NCBI GenBank assembly: GCA_009841605.1
Contig: VXLM01000120.1
Span: 48,167-112,166 of the forward strand
Direction of reading: 5' to 3'
Source of the DNA: Dehalococcoidia bacterium
GTDB taxonomy: Bacteria; Chloroflexota; Dehalococcoidia; Lucifugimonadales; VXLM01
Length of the DNA stretch: 64,000 nt
Part shown: positions 39,859-49,789 of the stretch, one piece after another
How positions within the stretch are numbered: position 1 is the first letter of the stretch
Layout: each line of letters begins with the position of its first letter
Notes under the pieces: model-generated
The model's database searches: none
The model's input: the letters and a program-made list of their open reading frames with translations, nothing else
Told to the model about the DNA's origin: nothing
Translations under genes and position numbers: made by a program

Positions 39859-40266
39859 CTACGTCTGTTCAAAGGGATTCCGTAGTTCAACCCCTAGCTG
39901 TTCAAAGTCGCTCACATTTCGTGTGACCACCGTCAGCCGGTGTACCGTGGCAGTCGCCGCGATCATGGCATCTTCAGTCATCGTGTCTGATCTTCTGTGC
40001 ATGAGCCGCGCCCACTCCCGGAATGCGGGCGCGTCCATCGGCAGGACACCGTAGGAAGCCAGTACCTTGTTCAGCCAGGCCTCCAACTCCTCCGCCTTCA
40101 CCGCATCCTGCTCACGAGTGATTTCGATCCCTGCCTGTATTTCCCCTACCGTGACGGCAGACAAGAAGAGTTGTTCCGCCGGCACATCGGCGATCCAAGC
40201 GAGTACGGCCCCATGCGGACGGGAGCGGCGCAGCTCCGAGACTACGTTGGTATCGAGGAGGTATAT
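39859..40266 (-). CDS. vapC: PIN-domain toxin VapC (no canonical start codon in front of the conserved N-terminus)
   Basis: The frame reads (ATA)YLLDTNVVSELRRSRPHGAVLAWIADVPAEQLFLSAVTVGEIQ... from 40266. The first ATG (40185) would delete the catalytic LLDTN Asp. Ends ...VVTRNVSDFEQLG. Confidence 0.7.
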   Translation of the reverse strand: MYLLDTNVVSELRRSRPHGAVLAWIADVPAEQLFLSAVTVGEIQAGIEITREQDAVKAEELEAWLNKVLASYGVLPMDAPAFREWARLMHRRSDTMTEDAMIAATATVHRLTVVTRNVSDFEQLGVELRNPFEQT

Positions 40267-40270
40267 GAGC

Positions 40271-40531
40271 CTACTCCATGACCAATGGTGTTCGGCGGCG
40301 ATGCTGTCGACGCGGTGGAGTCAGGTGCTCGGTCCGTGCCTCCGAGGCGAGGAGGAGCTCCTTCAGGTCCGGTCTCGTCATACGCTCAAGTCTTCGCCAC
40401 TGCTCGATGGGAAGGAGTACTGCGGTCTCCACCCCACGCTTGGTCACGATCTGCGGTCCTTCCGCGATGGTGGTGTCGAGGAGTTCGCTGAACCTGGACT
40501 TGGCATCCTGAACAGCCCATTTCTTGCTCAT
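40271..40531 (-). CDS. Phd/YefM-type antitoxin (VapB role)
   Basis: 86 aa. MSKKWAVQDAKSRFSELLDTTIAEGPQIVTKRGVETAVLLPIEQW. Its stop lies 4 nt before the PIN reading frame. Confidence 0.8.
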   Translation of the reverse strand: MSKKWAVQDAKSRFSELLDTTIAEGPQIVTKRGVETAVLLPIEQWRRLERMTRPDLKELLLASEARTEHLTPPRRQHRRRTPLVME

Positions 40532-40774
40532 GGCTTACCTCCGACAGTTTGCATTCTGACTAGTTATCAGACTAGACATAACGAACATCAATGTCAAGTG
40601 GAATGCTTCGGAGAGCGAGCTTATGTGACTCAGGTAGTCACAGACAGTGAGCTTTGGTGAAGATGTCTTCTTCTGTCAATCGTAGCGGTGTACGAAATAT
40701 GTAACAGGCACCATACGCCCCCATTCCCCTATACTGTTCCTCAAACCACCGCATCGCGCCTAGCGAGACACCCC

Positions 40775-41890
40775 ATGAGCTCCCAATGGCCCACAATCGA
40801 GTACCGCGACGAGACGATGCGCGAGGGGATGCAGATCGAGTCCTCCGACATCTCCCTCGACGACAAGGTCCGCCTCCTGGACGCCCTCGGCGAGACCGGG
40901 CTGCCCCGCATCGTCGTTGGGTCGTTCGTCAGCTCTCGGTACACGCCCCAGATGGCCAGGATCGAAGAGGTTCTGGAGCGTTTCACACCTAACCCCAACG
41001 TCATCTACACGGCCCTCCTCGTGAACCGCCGCTCCTACGAGCGCGCCCAGCGGTTCGTCCCGCCACTCACCATCGAGGACGACCGGCCCTTCCTGAACGC
41101 CCACCTCTGCGACGTGTTTACCCGTCGCAACTTCAACCGGTCGCAGGAAGAGGAGTTCGCAAGTTGGCCTGCCATCGTCGAGGACGCCAAGAGTCGAGGT
41201 GTCGCCGAGGCCGAGATACGAGTCGCGGCGGCGTGGGGATCGAACTTCGTCGGCGAGTTCTCGCTCGATCAGCGCATGGACATTCTTGAACGCGCCCACA
41301 CCGTCTGGCACGAGGCGGGCATACCCGTCACGAGCGTAGGCATCCTCGATCCCATGGCGTGGTGTCTCCCCCATCACGTCGAGGAGCAGCTAATCGCTGT
41401 CAAGGAGAGGTGGCCGCACATCCGCCGTTTCTACCTCCACCTGCACAACGCGCGGGGAATGTCTCTCCCGTCCGCCTACGCCGCCATGCGCGCTCTCACC
41501 CCGGACGACACCCTTGTGCTCGACGGCACCGTCGGCGGCATAGGTGGCTGCCCCTACTGCGGCACTGGACGCGCGACCGGGATGATGGCCACCGAGGACT
41601 TCTTCCACATGCTGGAGGGCATGGGCGTCGAGACGGGCGTCGACGTCGCCAAGCTCATCGACTGCGCGTGGCTCCTGGAGGAGATCATCGGACGCCCGAC
41701 CTTCGGCGCGGTCTCCAAGGCCGGGCCCCGCCCGATGTCCCCCGAAACGTGGTTCGACCCCAACATGCCCTTCGTGGAGACCCTAGACCAGGCCAGGCAC
41801 TTCAAGCTGGGCCCCGACTCCTACGACGGCGGCATCTACCCCTGGCGCGAGCCGATCAGCAGTCCGCAGCGCCCCGACTCGATGCGGTAG
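40775..41890 (+). CDS. HMGL-like (DRE-TIM metallolyase / pyruvate carboxyltransferase fold) protein
   Basis: IEYRDETMREGMQ, HLHNARGM, GGIGGCPY. The start at 40775 is chosen over the ORF-track start at 40688 (uncertain). Confidence 0.7.
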   Translation: MSSQWPTIEYRDETMREGMQIESSDISLDDKVRLLDALGETGLPRIVVGSFVSSRYTPQMARIEEVLERFTPNPNVIYTALLVNRRSYERAQRFVPPLTIEDDRPFLNAHLCDVFTRRNFNRSQEEEFASWPAIVEDAKSRGVAEAEIRVAAAWGSNFVGEFSLDQRMDILERAHTVWHEAGIPVTSVGILDPMAWCLPHHVEEQLIAVKERWPHIRRFYLHLHNARGMSLPSAYAAMRALTPDDTLVLDGTVGGIGGCPYCGTGRATGMMATEDFFHMLEGMGVETGVDVAKLIDCAWLLEEIIGRPTFGAVSKAGPRPMSPETWFDPNMPFVETLDQARHFKLGPDSYDGGIYPWREPISSPQRPDSMR

Positions 41891-42020
41891 GACCGCCTCT
41901 ACGGTAACTCCGTTCGCCCTGAGTAGAGCTAACCCCTCGCGCGGGGCCGTGCCGGGATATCGGTAACTACCACCAAGACAGGACAATCACGCTTTACGGT
42001 CGTCTAGGGGAGAATCCGTT

Positions 42021-42057
42021 CCCCTCTCTTCCCTCTGTGATCTCTGTGGTGAATCTT
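42021..42057 (+). repeat. repeat family A copy
   Basis: cccctctcttccctctgtgatctctgtggtgaatctt. Confidence 0.65.
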
Positions 42058-42074
42058 CGTCCCGTATCCCGCAG

Positions 42075-43331
42075 TTACTTGATCTTCAGGAATGACGGGT
42101 AGACTATCGCGAACCCAATCGAAAACACCGTGAGCATGATGCCGCTCGCGAACAGCGCGTTCCCGCTGCCGATGCGCTCCGCAAGCGCCCCCAGCGGTAA
42201 GGCGCTCAGGGGCATCGCCCCAAACGTCATCATCACGATGCTCATCATCCTCCCGCGCATCTCGGGGCTGGTGTACGCCTGCACGAGCGTCATGTTGAGC
42301 GACATGAACATCGAGCTCACGAGCCCGAGGAACAGCAGCATCGGCATCACCACGTTGTACGAACCCATCTTCGCGACGACCGCGAGCACTATCCCCCAGA
42401 TCGCGCAGCTCGAAAGGAGCAGCAGTCCCCGGCGTTCGAATCGGGGAATGCTGGCAAGCCCCAGCGACCCAATCAGCGCCCCGATGCCCATGACGGCGTA
42501 GAGCCCGCCGAGGTTGTCCGACTGCACGTCCAGCGTCTCCCTCGCCCACGCCGGCATAAGCGCGTACAGCGACATGCCGAACAGTATCGGGATGAACGCC
42601 ATGATTATCAGCCCCAGCAGGGGAGATGATCTCCTCGCATAGGACAGCCCCTCCAGGATGTCGCCGTACATGCTCTTCCCGGACTTCTTCTGGCCCTCGC
42701 TGCCGACCGTAATCGGCAGCACCGTCAACACCGCCAGCACGTATATTCCCGAAATCAGGAAGAAGACGCCTGAAGTTCCCACAAACAGGATGAGCACTCC
42801 GGCAATAGCGGGGCCGATGATGCGCGTGGCGTTCATCGACGAGCTCATCAGCGACATACCGTTCATCAGCTTGTTATTGGGGATGATGTCGGACACCGTG
42901 GCCTGCCGGCTCGGCATGTTGAACGCCATGAGCGAGCCGTTTATCAGCCCTGAAAGCAGCACGTGCCAGAGCTCGATCACACCGGTTAAGTCCAGCAGCC
43001 CGACGACCAGAGTCAACACGGCGTTGCCCGCCTGGGTGTAGAGCATCATGCGCTTGCGCGAGATGCGGTCGGCCAGCGCTCCCCCGATGGGCGAGAAGAC
43101 CGTCATCGGCAGTGCGAACGTCACGATCACCGAGGCGAGCGCGAGCGGCGAGTCGTCGGCCAGCTTCAGCACGAGCCAGCTCCTCGTGATCCACTGCATG
43201 TTCATGCCGAGGTACGAGGTCAGGGCGCTTACCCAGAGCCACCGAAAGTCGGAATAGGCGAACGACTCGATGGCGGGGAACCGGTCTGCCGCGCGCTGAA
43301 TCGGTCCGCGCCGGACGGGGACGGGGGGCAA
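42075..43331 (-). CDS. MFS transporter
   Basis: 418 aa, ~12 TM. GGALADRISRKRMM loop motif. Confidence 0.85.
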   Translation of the reverse strand: MPPVPVRRGPIQRAADRFPAIESFAYSDFRWLWVSALTSYLGMNMQWITRSWLVLKLADDSPLALASVIVTFALPMTVFSPIGGALADRISRKRMMLYTQAGNAVLTLVVGLLDLTGVIELWHVLLSGLINGSLMAFNMPSRQATVSDIIPNNKLMNGMSLMSSSMNATRIIGPAIAGVLILFVGTSGVFFLISGIYVLAVLTVLPITVGSEGQKKSGKSMYGDILEGLSYARRSSPLLGLIIMAFIPILFGMSLYALMPAWARETLDVQSDNLGGLYAVMGIGALIGSLGLASIPRFERRGLLLLSSCAIWGIVLAVVAKMGSYNVVMPMLLFLGLVSSMFMSLNMTLVQAYTSPEMRGRMMSIVMMTFGAMPLSALPLGALAERIGSGNALFASGIMLTVFSIGFAIVYPSFLKIK

Positions 43332-43478
43332 TTCTGAGACCGGCTGCGGTTCTGGCTTCGTTCGGATGCTTATGTGTCCTGACGCGATATGCCTACCGGC
43401 TAAGCCTACTCCCGCAAGGGAACGCGGTCAATACGTTTCGGGTAATCGGCGCTTTGCGGTCAATCTCCTCTACAATCT

Positions 43479-43775
43479 CCCCCTGCCGGGGGCTTACAGG
43501 GGTAGGTAAAATGGGATTACAGCTATGATCCGACCACCGCAACTCCTGTCATTCCGAGCGTAGCGAGGAATCTAAAGTTCATGACTGCAAGACGGGTTAG
43601 TTGGCGCGCCATCCGCATCCTCCCCGACGGGATAGGAATTCTTCATTTCGGCGCTGCCTTTGGACGGGCATTTTAGATTCTTCACTCCGCTTCGCTACGT
43701 TCAGAATGACAGTGGCGGGGTTGCTTTCAAAGTGGAGCAATAGCTGAATACCTACCCCTGTCAGCCCGCCGGGGG
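43479..43775. repeat. ~300-bp nested palindromic composite (outer 13-bp perfect IR plus an inner inverted pair of family C repeats); MITE-like or structured RNA
   Basis: The outer arms acaggggtaggta (43496-43508) and tacctacccctgt (43749-43761) are exact reverse complements, with imperfect CCCCC/GGGGG extensions. The inner family C copies lie at 43545-43575 (+) and 43673-43712 (-). Confidence 0.65.
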
Positions 43776-43882
43776 AGAGATACAGAGAGGGGGCCTTCGT
43801 ACTTCAACTCACGAAGACTGAACAGTTACTGATACCTCATAACCTTGTAAGGGCGGCTCATCATCGCTACAATCCTCACAGT

Positions 43883-43958
43883 CGGGGTGTGGCGCAGTTG
43901 GTAGCGCGCGTCGTTCGGGACGACGAGGTCGCTGGTTCAAGTCCAGTCACCCCGACCA
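43883..43958 (+). tRNA. tRNA-Pro (anticodon CGG)
   Basis: Acceptor CGGGGTG/CACCCCG, anticodon stem CGTCG/CGACG with loop TTCGGGA, T-loop TTCAAGT, encoded CCA. Confidence 0.9.
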
Positions 43959-44042
43959 CTTAAACCCCCACCTCCACTGATTGCCCTCTAGCGTCCAAGT
44001 GCGCTCAGGGTCCTCGCCAAGATTTCCCGGGAGACTCCACCT

Positions 44043-44549
44043 TTGTGGAATTTCGAGCAATACGTCGTCCGTGGCCACAGCATGACCCCGACCTTCTTTG
44101 AAGGCGACCGGCTGCTCGTGAGCCGATTCCGCGGCAGGTCCTTTAGCTTTGCAAGGGGAGAACTGGTCGTTGTCCGTGACGGGCCCGACGACGAGCGATG
44201 GCATCTCAAGCGCCTGGTTGGCCTTCCGAGAGAGATTGTGCGCCAGTCGGAAGGCATCATTCTGATAAATGACGAACCTCTTGACGAGGACTATCTCGGC
44301 GGCCTCCCCGCCGTGATCGGACTGGAAGACGTCGCGTGGAACCTAGGGGACAACGAGTATTTCCTGCTCGGCGACAACCGCGCCCACAGTACCGACAGCC
44401 GGCAGCGTGGCCCTTTTGGGTTGGACGACATAGAAGGAAAGGTCCGGTTCCGTTACTGGCCCCTGCACAAACTGCGGCTCTTTAACGCCCCAACGTACAG
44501 GTCTCTGTCCTTCACGAGAATCGTCTACGGATTACGACCGGAGGACTAG
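44043..44549 (+). CDS. S26-family signal peptidase I-like protease lacking an N-terminal membrane anchor
   Basis: TTG start with an in-frame stop at 43989. Catalytic GHSMTPTF (Ser), [10 protein letters not shown] (Lys) and [11 protein letters not shown] are present, but there is no hydrophobic segment before the Ser box. Confidence 0.7.
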   Translation: MWNFEQYVVRGHSMTPTFFEGDRLLVSRFRGRSFSFARGELVVVRDGPDDERWHLKRLVGLPREIVRQSEGIILINDEPLDEDYLGGLPAVIGLEDVAWNLGDNEYFLLGDNRAHSTDSRQRGPFGLDDIEGKVRFRYWPLHKLRLFNAPTYRSLSFTRIVYGLRPED

Positions 44550-45532
44550 CGCTCCTCAGCCAGCCACCCCGCCACATCCTTCGCGTGGTAGCTCATTATC
44601 ATGTCCGCCCCCGCCCGCTTGATGCCCGTCAGTATCTCCATGACGATCCGCCGCTCGTCGATCCAGCCGTTCCCGGCCGCGGCTTTCACCATAGAGTACT
44701 CACCGCTGACGTTGTAGGCGGCTAGAGGAGTGTCGAAGCGCTGCTTTGCCTTCGCGATGACGTCCAAGTACGCCAGCGCGGGCTTGACCATGACGACATC
44801 CGCCCCTTCGAGGATGTCCTGCTCGATCTCACGCATCGCCTCGTTCACGTTCGGCGGGTCCATCTGGTATCCCTTGCGGTCACCCATCTGAGGCGCGGAT
44901 TCTGCAGCCGTCCTGAACGGGCCGTAGAACGACGACGCGTACTTCGCCGAATATGCCATGATCGGCACATTCTCGTGGTCGTTGTCGTCCAGCGCATCGC
45001 GGATGGCCCCGACCTGCCCGTCCATCATGGCCGATGGCGCGACGATGTCCACGCCTGCGTCGGCCTGCGATACTGCCGTCTCGGCGAGAAGCTCCAGCGT
45101 TTGGTCATTGTCCACTGTGCCGTCATCCAGCAGGATGCCGCAATGCCCGTGGGATGTGTACTCGCACATGCACACGTCACCGACCACCGCCAGTTCCGGC
45201 TGTACCCGTTTGATCGCCCGGATCGCCTGCTGAGTGATACCGTTCGGCGCGTATCCCTGCGACCCAACCTCGTCCTTGTGCGACGGAATACCGAACACCA
45301 GCACCGCCGGAATCCCCAACCCCGCGACGGCCTCGACTTCCGACTTCAGGCTATCGAGGGAATGCTGAAAGATCCCCGGCATCGGCTCGATCTCGCGTCG
45401 TTCATCAACATCCTCGGCAACGAACATCGGATAAATCAGATCGGAAACGGACAGCCGCGTTTCCTGCACCAGACGACGGAGCGTCGGGGTCGCCCTCAAG
45501 CGCCTCATTCGGTTTTCCGGAAAGCTACCCAT
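44546..45532 (-). CDS. hemB: porphobilinogen synthase
   Basis: 328 aa. [16 protein letters not shown], active-site region [13 protein letters not shown]. Confidence 0.9.
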   Translation of the reverse strand: MGSFPENRMRRLRATPTLRRLVQETRLSVSDLIYPMFVAEDVDERREIEPMPGIFQHSLDSLKSEVEAVAGLGIPAVLVFGIPSHKDEVGSQGYAPNGITQQAIRAIKRVQPELAVVGDVCMCEYTSHGHCGILLDDGTVDNDQTLELLAETAVSQADAGVDIVAPSAMMDGQVGAIRDALDDNDHENVPIMAYSAKYASSFYGPFRTAAESAPQMGDRKGYQMDPPNVNEAMREIEQDILEGADVVMVKPALAYLDVIAKAKQRFDTPLAAYNVSGEYSMVKAAAGNGWIDERRIVMEILTGIKRAGADMIMSYHAKDVAGWLAEER

Positions 45533-45543
45533 TCTAGTGACCC

Positions 45544-47088
45544 TTACGGCATATAGTGTCCAACTATCGCGTTCACGAGTCCACCCGCCGTCGAGTCCTC
45601 GGCGAGAATATCGACGTTCAGTCCGGCTTTGCGTGCCGTCTCAGCGGTCACACGCCCGATGCAGGCTACCCTTGCACCTTCCAGCCGTGATGCGTCACCC
45701 CCCAGCAGCGCCAGGAGATTGGTCACCGTCGAAGAGCTGGTAAACGTCACGACATCGACCCCGACATCCAGCACTTCGGCTAGTCGTTCGCCCGCGCCCG
45801 AAGGCGCCACTGTCCTGTACAGCGTCACCTCTCGCACTTCCGCCCCCAGACCTTCCAGCCCACGCCTCAATCGGTCTGGGCGAATCTCGGCTCCGGGCAG
45901 AAGTATGTTCTTCCCCACGACCCCCTGCTCTGTGAGACCGTCGATCAGCGACTGCGACACCGACTCCCGCGAAATGAGGTCGGCGACAATGCCGCGTTCA
46001 CTCAACGCGCCCGCCGTCGCCGTCCCAATCGCCGCTACCCGCGAGGCGTGCAACTGCCTAGCGTCCCGTCCCAGTGCGTCCAGCCGTCCGAAGAGTTGTT
46101 CCACGGCATTCGTACTCGTGAACACAATCCAGTTGTATTCGGTCAGACGGGCAAGCTCTGCATCGACTTTGCAAAAATCCTCAACCGGCTGAATCTCGAT
46201 GGTCGGCACCTCCACAGGCTCGGCTCCCGCCCTTTCCAACAGGTCGACGAGATCAGCCGACTGCGTTCGAGAGCGTGTCACGAGCACCCGCTTGCCGAAG
46301 AGTGGCCGGTTGTCGAACCAGCGCGAAACTTCCCGCAGGTTGACCACCTCGCCTACAACGACCACGACCGGATTGCTCAGTCCCTCACGTCGGGCCCGCT
46401 CGGCGATATCTGCAAGTGAACCGATCACCGTCCTCTGGTTCGACCAAGTCCCCCACTGAACGACGGCGACCGGGGTGTCCTCTTCTCGCCCTCCATCAAT
46501 CAGAGCTTGCGTTATTGCCGGCAGATTCTCCCAGCCCATCAGCAGACTCAGGGTACCCCCGGACTTCGCCAGCAGGTCCCAGTCCACCAACCCGCCATCT
46601 TTATCAGGCGATTCGCTCCCGGTGACTATTGTAAGAGAGGACGCCACCCCACGATGCGTCAACGGGATGCCCGCGTACGTCGGCGCACCAATCGCCGACG
46701 TGATGCCCGGCACCACCTCGAACGGGACGTTCGCCTCCGCAAGCGCCGCGACCTCTTCGCCGCCTCGCCCAAATATAAACGGATCGCCCCCCTTCAGCCG
46801 CACCACCCGCTTGCCGCTCTGCGCACGGTCAATGAGAACCGCGTTGATCTCCTCCTGCCTGTCTCGCGGCCCACCGGGTTTCTTGCCTACATCTATCAAC
46901 TCGGCATCTTTTGGTGCATGTCCCAGCAGCCGTCGGTCCACAAGCCGGTCATATACCACCACGTCGGCCGCCTCAAGGTACCGTCGCCCCCTGATTGTCA
47001 GTAGTTCCGGGTCGCCCGGCCCCGCGCCGACGAGCGCCACCCACCCATCGGAGGGGATTTCTCTTCCGGTTTCTTCCCGATATGACAT
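45544..47088 (-). CDS. bifunctional uroporphyrinogen-III C-methyltransferase / uroporphyrinogen-III synthase
   Basis: The N-terminal half is CobA-like ([33 protein letters not shown]). The C-terminal ~250 aa are HemD-like. Confidence 0.85.
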   Translation of the reverse strand: MSYREETGREIPSDGWVALVGAGPGDPELLTIRGRRYLEAADVVVYDRLVDRRLLGHAPKDAELIDVGKKPGGPRDRQEEINAVLIDRAQSGKRVVRLKGGDPFIFGRGGEEVAALAEANVPFEVVPGITSAIGAPTYAGIPLTHRGVASSLTIVTGSESPDKDGGLVDWDLLAKSGGTLSLLMGWENLPAITQALIDGGREEDTPVAVVQWGTWSNQRTVIGSLADIAERARREGLSNPVVVVVGEVVNLREVSRWFDNRPLFGKRVLVTRSRTQSADLVDLLERAGAEPVEVPTIEIQPVEDFCKVDAELARLTEYNWIVFTSTNAVEQLFGRLDALGRDARQLHASRVAAIGTATAGALSERGIVADLISRESVSQSLIDGLTEQGVVGKNILLPGAEIRPDRLRRGLEGLGAEVREVTLYRTVAPSGAGERLAEVLDVGVDVVTFTSSSTVTNLLALLGGDASRLEGARVACIGRVTAETARKAGLNVDILAEDSTAGGLVNAIVGHYMP

Positions 47089-47159
47089 TTTCGTTTTCGT
47101 CGTCGTCTACCTTGTACTCAGTCCACTTGATTACAAGAATCGGACTGATAGCGATTTAT

Positions 47160-47197
47160 CCCCTCTCCCGTCGTGGGAGAGGGCTAGGGTGAGGGTG
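47160..47197 (+). repeat. repeat family B copy
   Basis: cccctctcccgtcgtgggagagggctagggtgagggtg; 9-bp perfect hairpin ccctctccc/gggagaggg. Confidence 0.8.
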
Positions 47198-47252
47198 ATT
47201 TGTAACGTCAAAACTACGTTGGTCAAGTGCTGGTCCCATGGCCGTCACCCGC

Positions 47253-48173
47253 TCATCCACCCTGAACAAACTCCGACGCCCCCGATTCCAGCAGCGTCTT
47301 GGCCGCACGCCTTCCAATCTCTTCCGCCTCACTCACGTCTCCCACGCTCTGCGACCTCACGATCCTTTCGCCGTCCGGTGTCGCCGCCATGCAAAACATA
47401 CGCAGCCGCCGACCGTCGATTTCGCCATACGCCGCAACCGGCTTCGTGCATCCCCCGCCAATGGCATCCAGAAACGCCCGCTCCGCCCGAAACGCACATG
47501 ATGTGTCCTCGAAAACGATGGAGGACAGCATCGCGCCCATCTCTTCGTCACCCTCCCGAAATTCTGCAACCAGCGTCCCCTGTCCGACGTCCGGCGTGAC
47601 CTGCTCGACGTCCAGAAACTCCGTCGCCTCCGACAGCCTGCCAAGCCGCGCGAGCCCCGCCGCAGCAATCACCACGCCGTCATAGTCCGCGCCCCTCGCC
47701 TTTTCCAGTCGCGTTCCCACATTGCCGCGTACGGGCAACACCTCGACATCCGGCCGGATGGCCTTGATCTGAGCCTTCCGCCGCGGACTCCCAGTTCCCA
47801 GACGAGACTCGGCGGGCAGACTCATGAGGGCCAGCCCCGTCTTCGACACCAAAACGTCTCGCGCGTCCTGTCGCTCTCCAGCTGGCAGTATCCGCAGACC
47901 GTCAGGAATATCCGGCCCAACGTCCTTCGCGCTATGCACGGCAAAGTCGATCTCACTGTCCAGCAGGGCGAGTTCAATGTCCTTGACGAACGCGCCGCGT
48001 CCAAGCGATGTCAATACGGCGGTGGCATTCCGGTCGCCGCGCGTGGACAGGCGCACAACATCGAACCGCACGTCCACGAATCGCGCTCTGAGCAGCGAGA
48101 GAATTTCTTCCGTCTGCGCCAGTGCAAGCGGACTCGAGCGGGAGCCGACGCGGACTGTTCGTGAGAGTTTCAA
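47253..48173 (-). CDS. hemC: hydroxymethylbilane synthase
   Basis: 306 aa. VRVGSRSSPLALAQT, GTGSPRRKAQ. Confidence 0.9.
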   Translation of the reverse strand: MKLSRTVRVGSRSSPLALAQTEEILSLLRARFVDVRFDVVRLSTRGDRNATAVLTSLGRGAFVKDIELALLDSEIDFAVHSAKDVGPDIPDGLRILPAGERQDARDVLVSKTGLALMSLPAESRLGTGSPRRKAQIKAIRPDVEVLPVRGNVGTRLEKARGADYDGVVIAAAGLARLGRLSEATEFLDVEQVTPDVGQGTLVAEFREGDEEMGAMLSSIVFEDTSCAFRAERAFLDAIGGGCTKPVAAYGEIDGRRLRMFCMAATPDGERIVRSQSVGDVSEAEEIGRRAAKTLLESGASEFVQGG

Positions 48174-48194
48174 GCCCGGTCCTCCGGGTCAGGG

Positions 48195-48923
48195 TCACAA
48201 TTGTGCGGGGGCAGAAGGCGCCGCCATCTCCTCGTACATCTCGCATACGTCATTGGTACAGTCGCACGTCGTCCCCACGAGCAAAGAGTCCATCAATACT
48301 TGCCTCGCTCGCTCGACATCCCCCGCCTGCACAAGGTCGATCAGCTCGTCCGTCAGACACGCCTGCCAGTGGTCGAGATTCAACCGAATCCCCTTGTCGA
48401 GCAACTGCAATCGAGCCTCGGAGAGTAGGGGAGCCAAATCGGCGAAGTCCATGAGCTCATGCCGCGACTCCAACCTGCACTCGCCGTTCAGAATCTCTCG
48501 GAACCGCCTTGCCAATGCCGGACTCGCCCCGCCTGTCGAGGTCGCCACGATCACCTCGCCCCGACGCGCCACCGACGGCGTTATCCACGTGCACAGATGG
48601 GTCACGTCCGCGACGTTCAGAGGCACGTTGCGCTCGCGGGCCTCCTCCGAGACGGCCTGATTCACTGCGTCGTCGCTCGTATCCGCGACGATGGTGATGA
48701 ACGCCCCTTCGAGGTCGCCCCGTCGATACGGTCGCTTGATCCACTCGATCTGCCCGTCTTCCGCGTGTCCCGCGACTTCATCCGTCACGTCGGGACTCAC
48801 CACGACGACCTCCGCCCCATACGGCATGAGTCGTGTGACCTTCTCTTCCCCCATCGCGCCGCCGCCGACCACGACGACTCGTCGTCCGCGAAGGTCGAGG
48901 AAAACGGGATAGTACAGAGGCAT
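48195..48923 (-). CDS. precorrin-2 dehydrogenase / sirohydrochlorin ferrochelatase (siroheme synthase N-terminal-type)
   Basis: MPLYYPVFLDLRGRRVVVVGGGAMGEEKV, a Rossmann start typical of the CysG N-domain and SirC. Confidence 0.8.
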   Translation of the reverse strand: MPLYYPVFLDLRGRRVVVVGGGAMGEEKVTRLMPYGAEVVVVSPDVTDEVAGHAEDGQIEWIKRPYRRGDLEGAFITIVADTSDDAVNQAVSEEARERNVPLNVADVTHLCTWITPSVARRGEVIVATSTGGASPALARRFREILNGECRLESRHELMDFADLAPLLSEARLQLLDKGIRLNLDHWQACLTDELIDLVQAGDVERARQVLMDSLLVGTTCDCTNDVCEMYEEMAAPSAPAQL

Positions 48924-48944
48924 GTGAGTCCTGCCTAAGGCCTG

Positions 48945-49721
48945 CTAGCGACCCGACTTGCCCTTCGCGGCCCACTCGGCGCGTTTCTTCTCGAGGTCCC
49001 GGGCCCGCGCTTCCTGCAACTCCGCGTCCGGCTTCGCGCCCGCCACATGGTAGACGGAACCCAGTCCCCATCGGTCGCGGTCGCTCGTGTTCGGTCCTGC
49101 ACGGTGCACCATCTGCCAGTGGTGAATGGCAACGTCGCCCGGTTCCGCCGGAACGGGCACCTCGGCGGCGTAGTCGGCGTCACCGTAGTCCGTCACCCCC
49201 TGTGAGAAGCCGAAGATCTCCGTTGGCCCGTGCGGTCTGACGGGAAGTTTGTGAGCGCCCGATATGTACCGTAGGCACCCGTTTCCCTCGTCCGCCGTGT
49301 CGAGCGCCAGCCACATCGTCAGCGCCTCGTTTGGCTGCAGGGGAATGTAGTAGGAGTCCTGGTGCGCGGGCGTCTCCACACCCACACGGGCGGCCTTATT
49401 GAATAGCTGGCAGTACTGCGGCGCTACGTCCCCGCCAAGCAGCAGTTCCGCAAGCGCCATGAACTTTCCGGTATGTATCAGGTCGCTGAAATACTCGTCG
49501 TACTTCGACATGTGGCCGAGACGCTTGAGAGTCTCCGGCTTGCCCTTCACGTCGTACATGACCTCGTATTCGGGTACCGTCGGCGCGACCTTGTCGATAT
49601 ACCGGTCGATCTCCTTGCGAAGGCCGGCCACCTCATCCGCGTCCAGGAACCCGCGCACAAACACCCAGCCGTTCTCGTCCCAGTGGCTCTTGAGGTCCGC
49701 CTTATTCTCCTGCCATCCCAT
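48945..49721 (-). CDS. phytanoyl-CoA dioxygenase (PhyH) family Fe(II)/2-oxoglutarate oxygenase
   Basis: ATG at 49721 lies 7 nt after GGAGG. HQDSYY ... H facial-triad context. The upstream part of the 337-aa ORF was rejected. Confidence 0.75.
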   Translation of the reverse strand: MGWQENKADLKSHWDENGWVFVRGFLDADEVAGLRKEIDRYIDKVAPTVPEYEVMYDVKGKPETLKRLGHMSKYDEYFSDLIHTGKFMALAELLLGGDVAPQYCQLFNKAARVGVETPAHQDSYYIPLQPNEALTMWLALDTADEGNGCLRYISGAHKLPVRPHGPTEIFGFSQGVTDYGDADYAAEVPVPAEPGDVAIHHWQMVHRAGPNTSDRDRWGLGSVYHVAGAKPDAELQEARARDLEKKRAEWAAKGKSGR

Positions 49722-49789
49722 GAGACCGCCTCCGATGGTGTGATGCTTCGGGAACATCATACACGAACGTGGAGGCCATTCGTGAGGCT

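Noticed and set aside
43332-44042. Integrated element at tRNA-Pro (and at tRNA-Ser 37803..37894)
   Set aside because: No integrase, excisionase or direct repeat of the tRNA 3' end was found near either tRNA. Only the palindromic non-coding element is present.
46475-47599. 374-aa + strand ORF spanning the cobA-hemD / hemC junction
   Set aside because: It is antisense to two well-supported genes and runs through a repeat-filled spacer. Its composition is Ser/Pro/Arg-rich.
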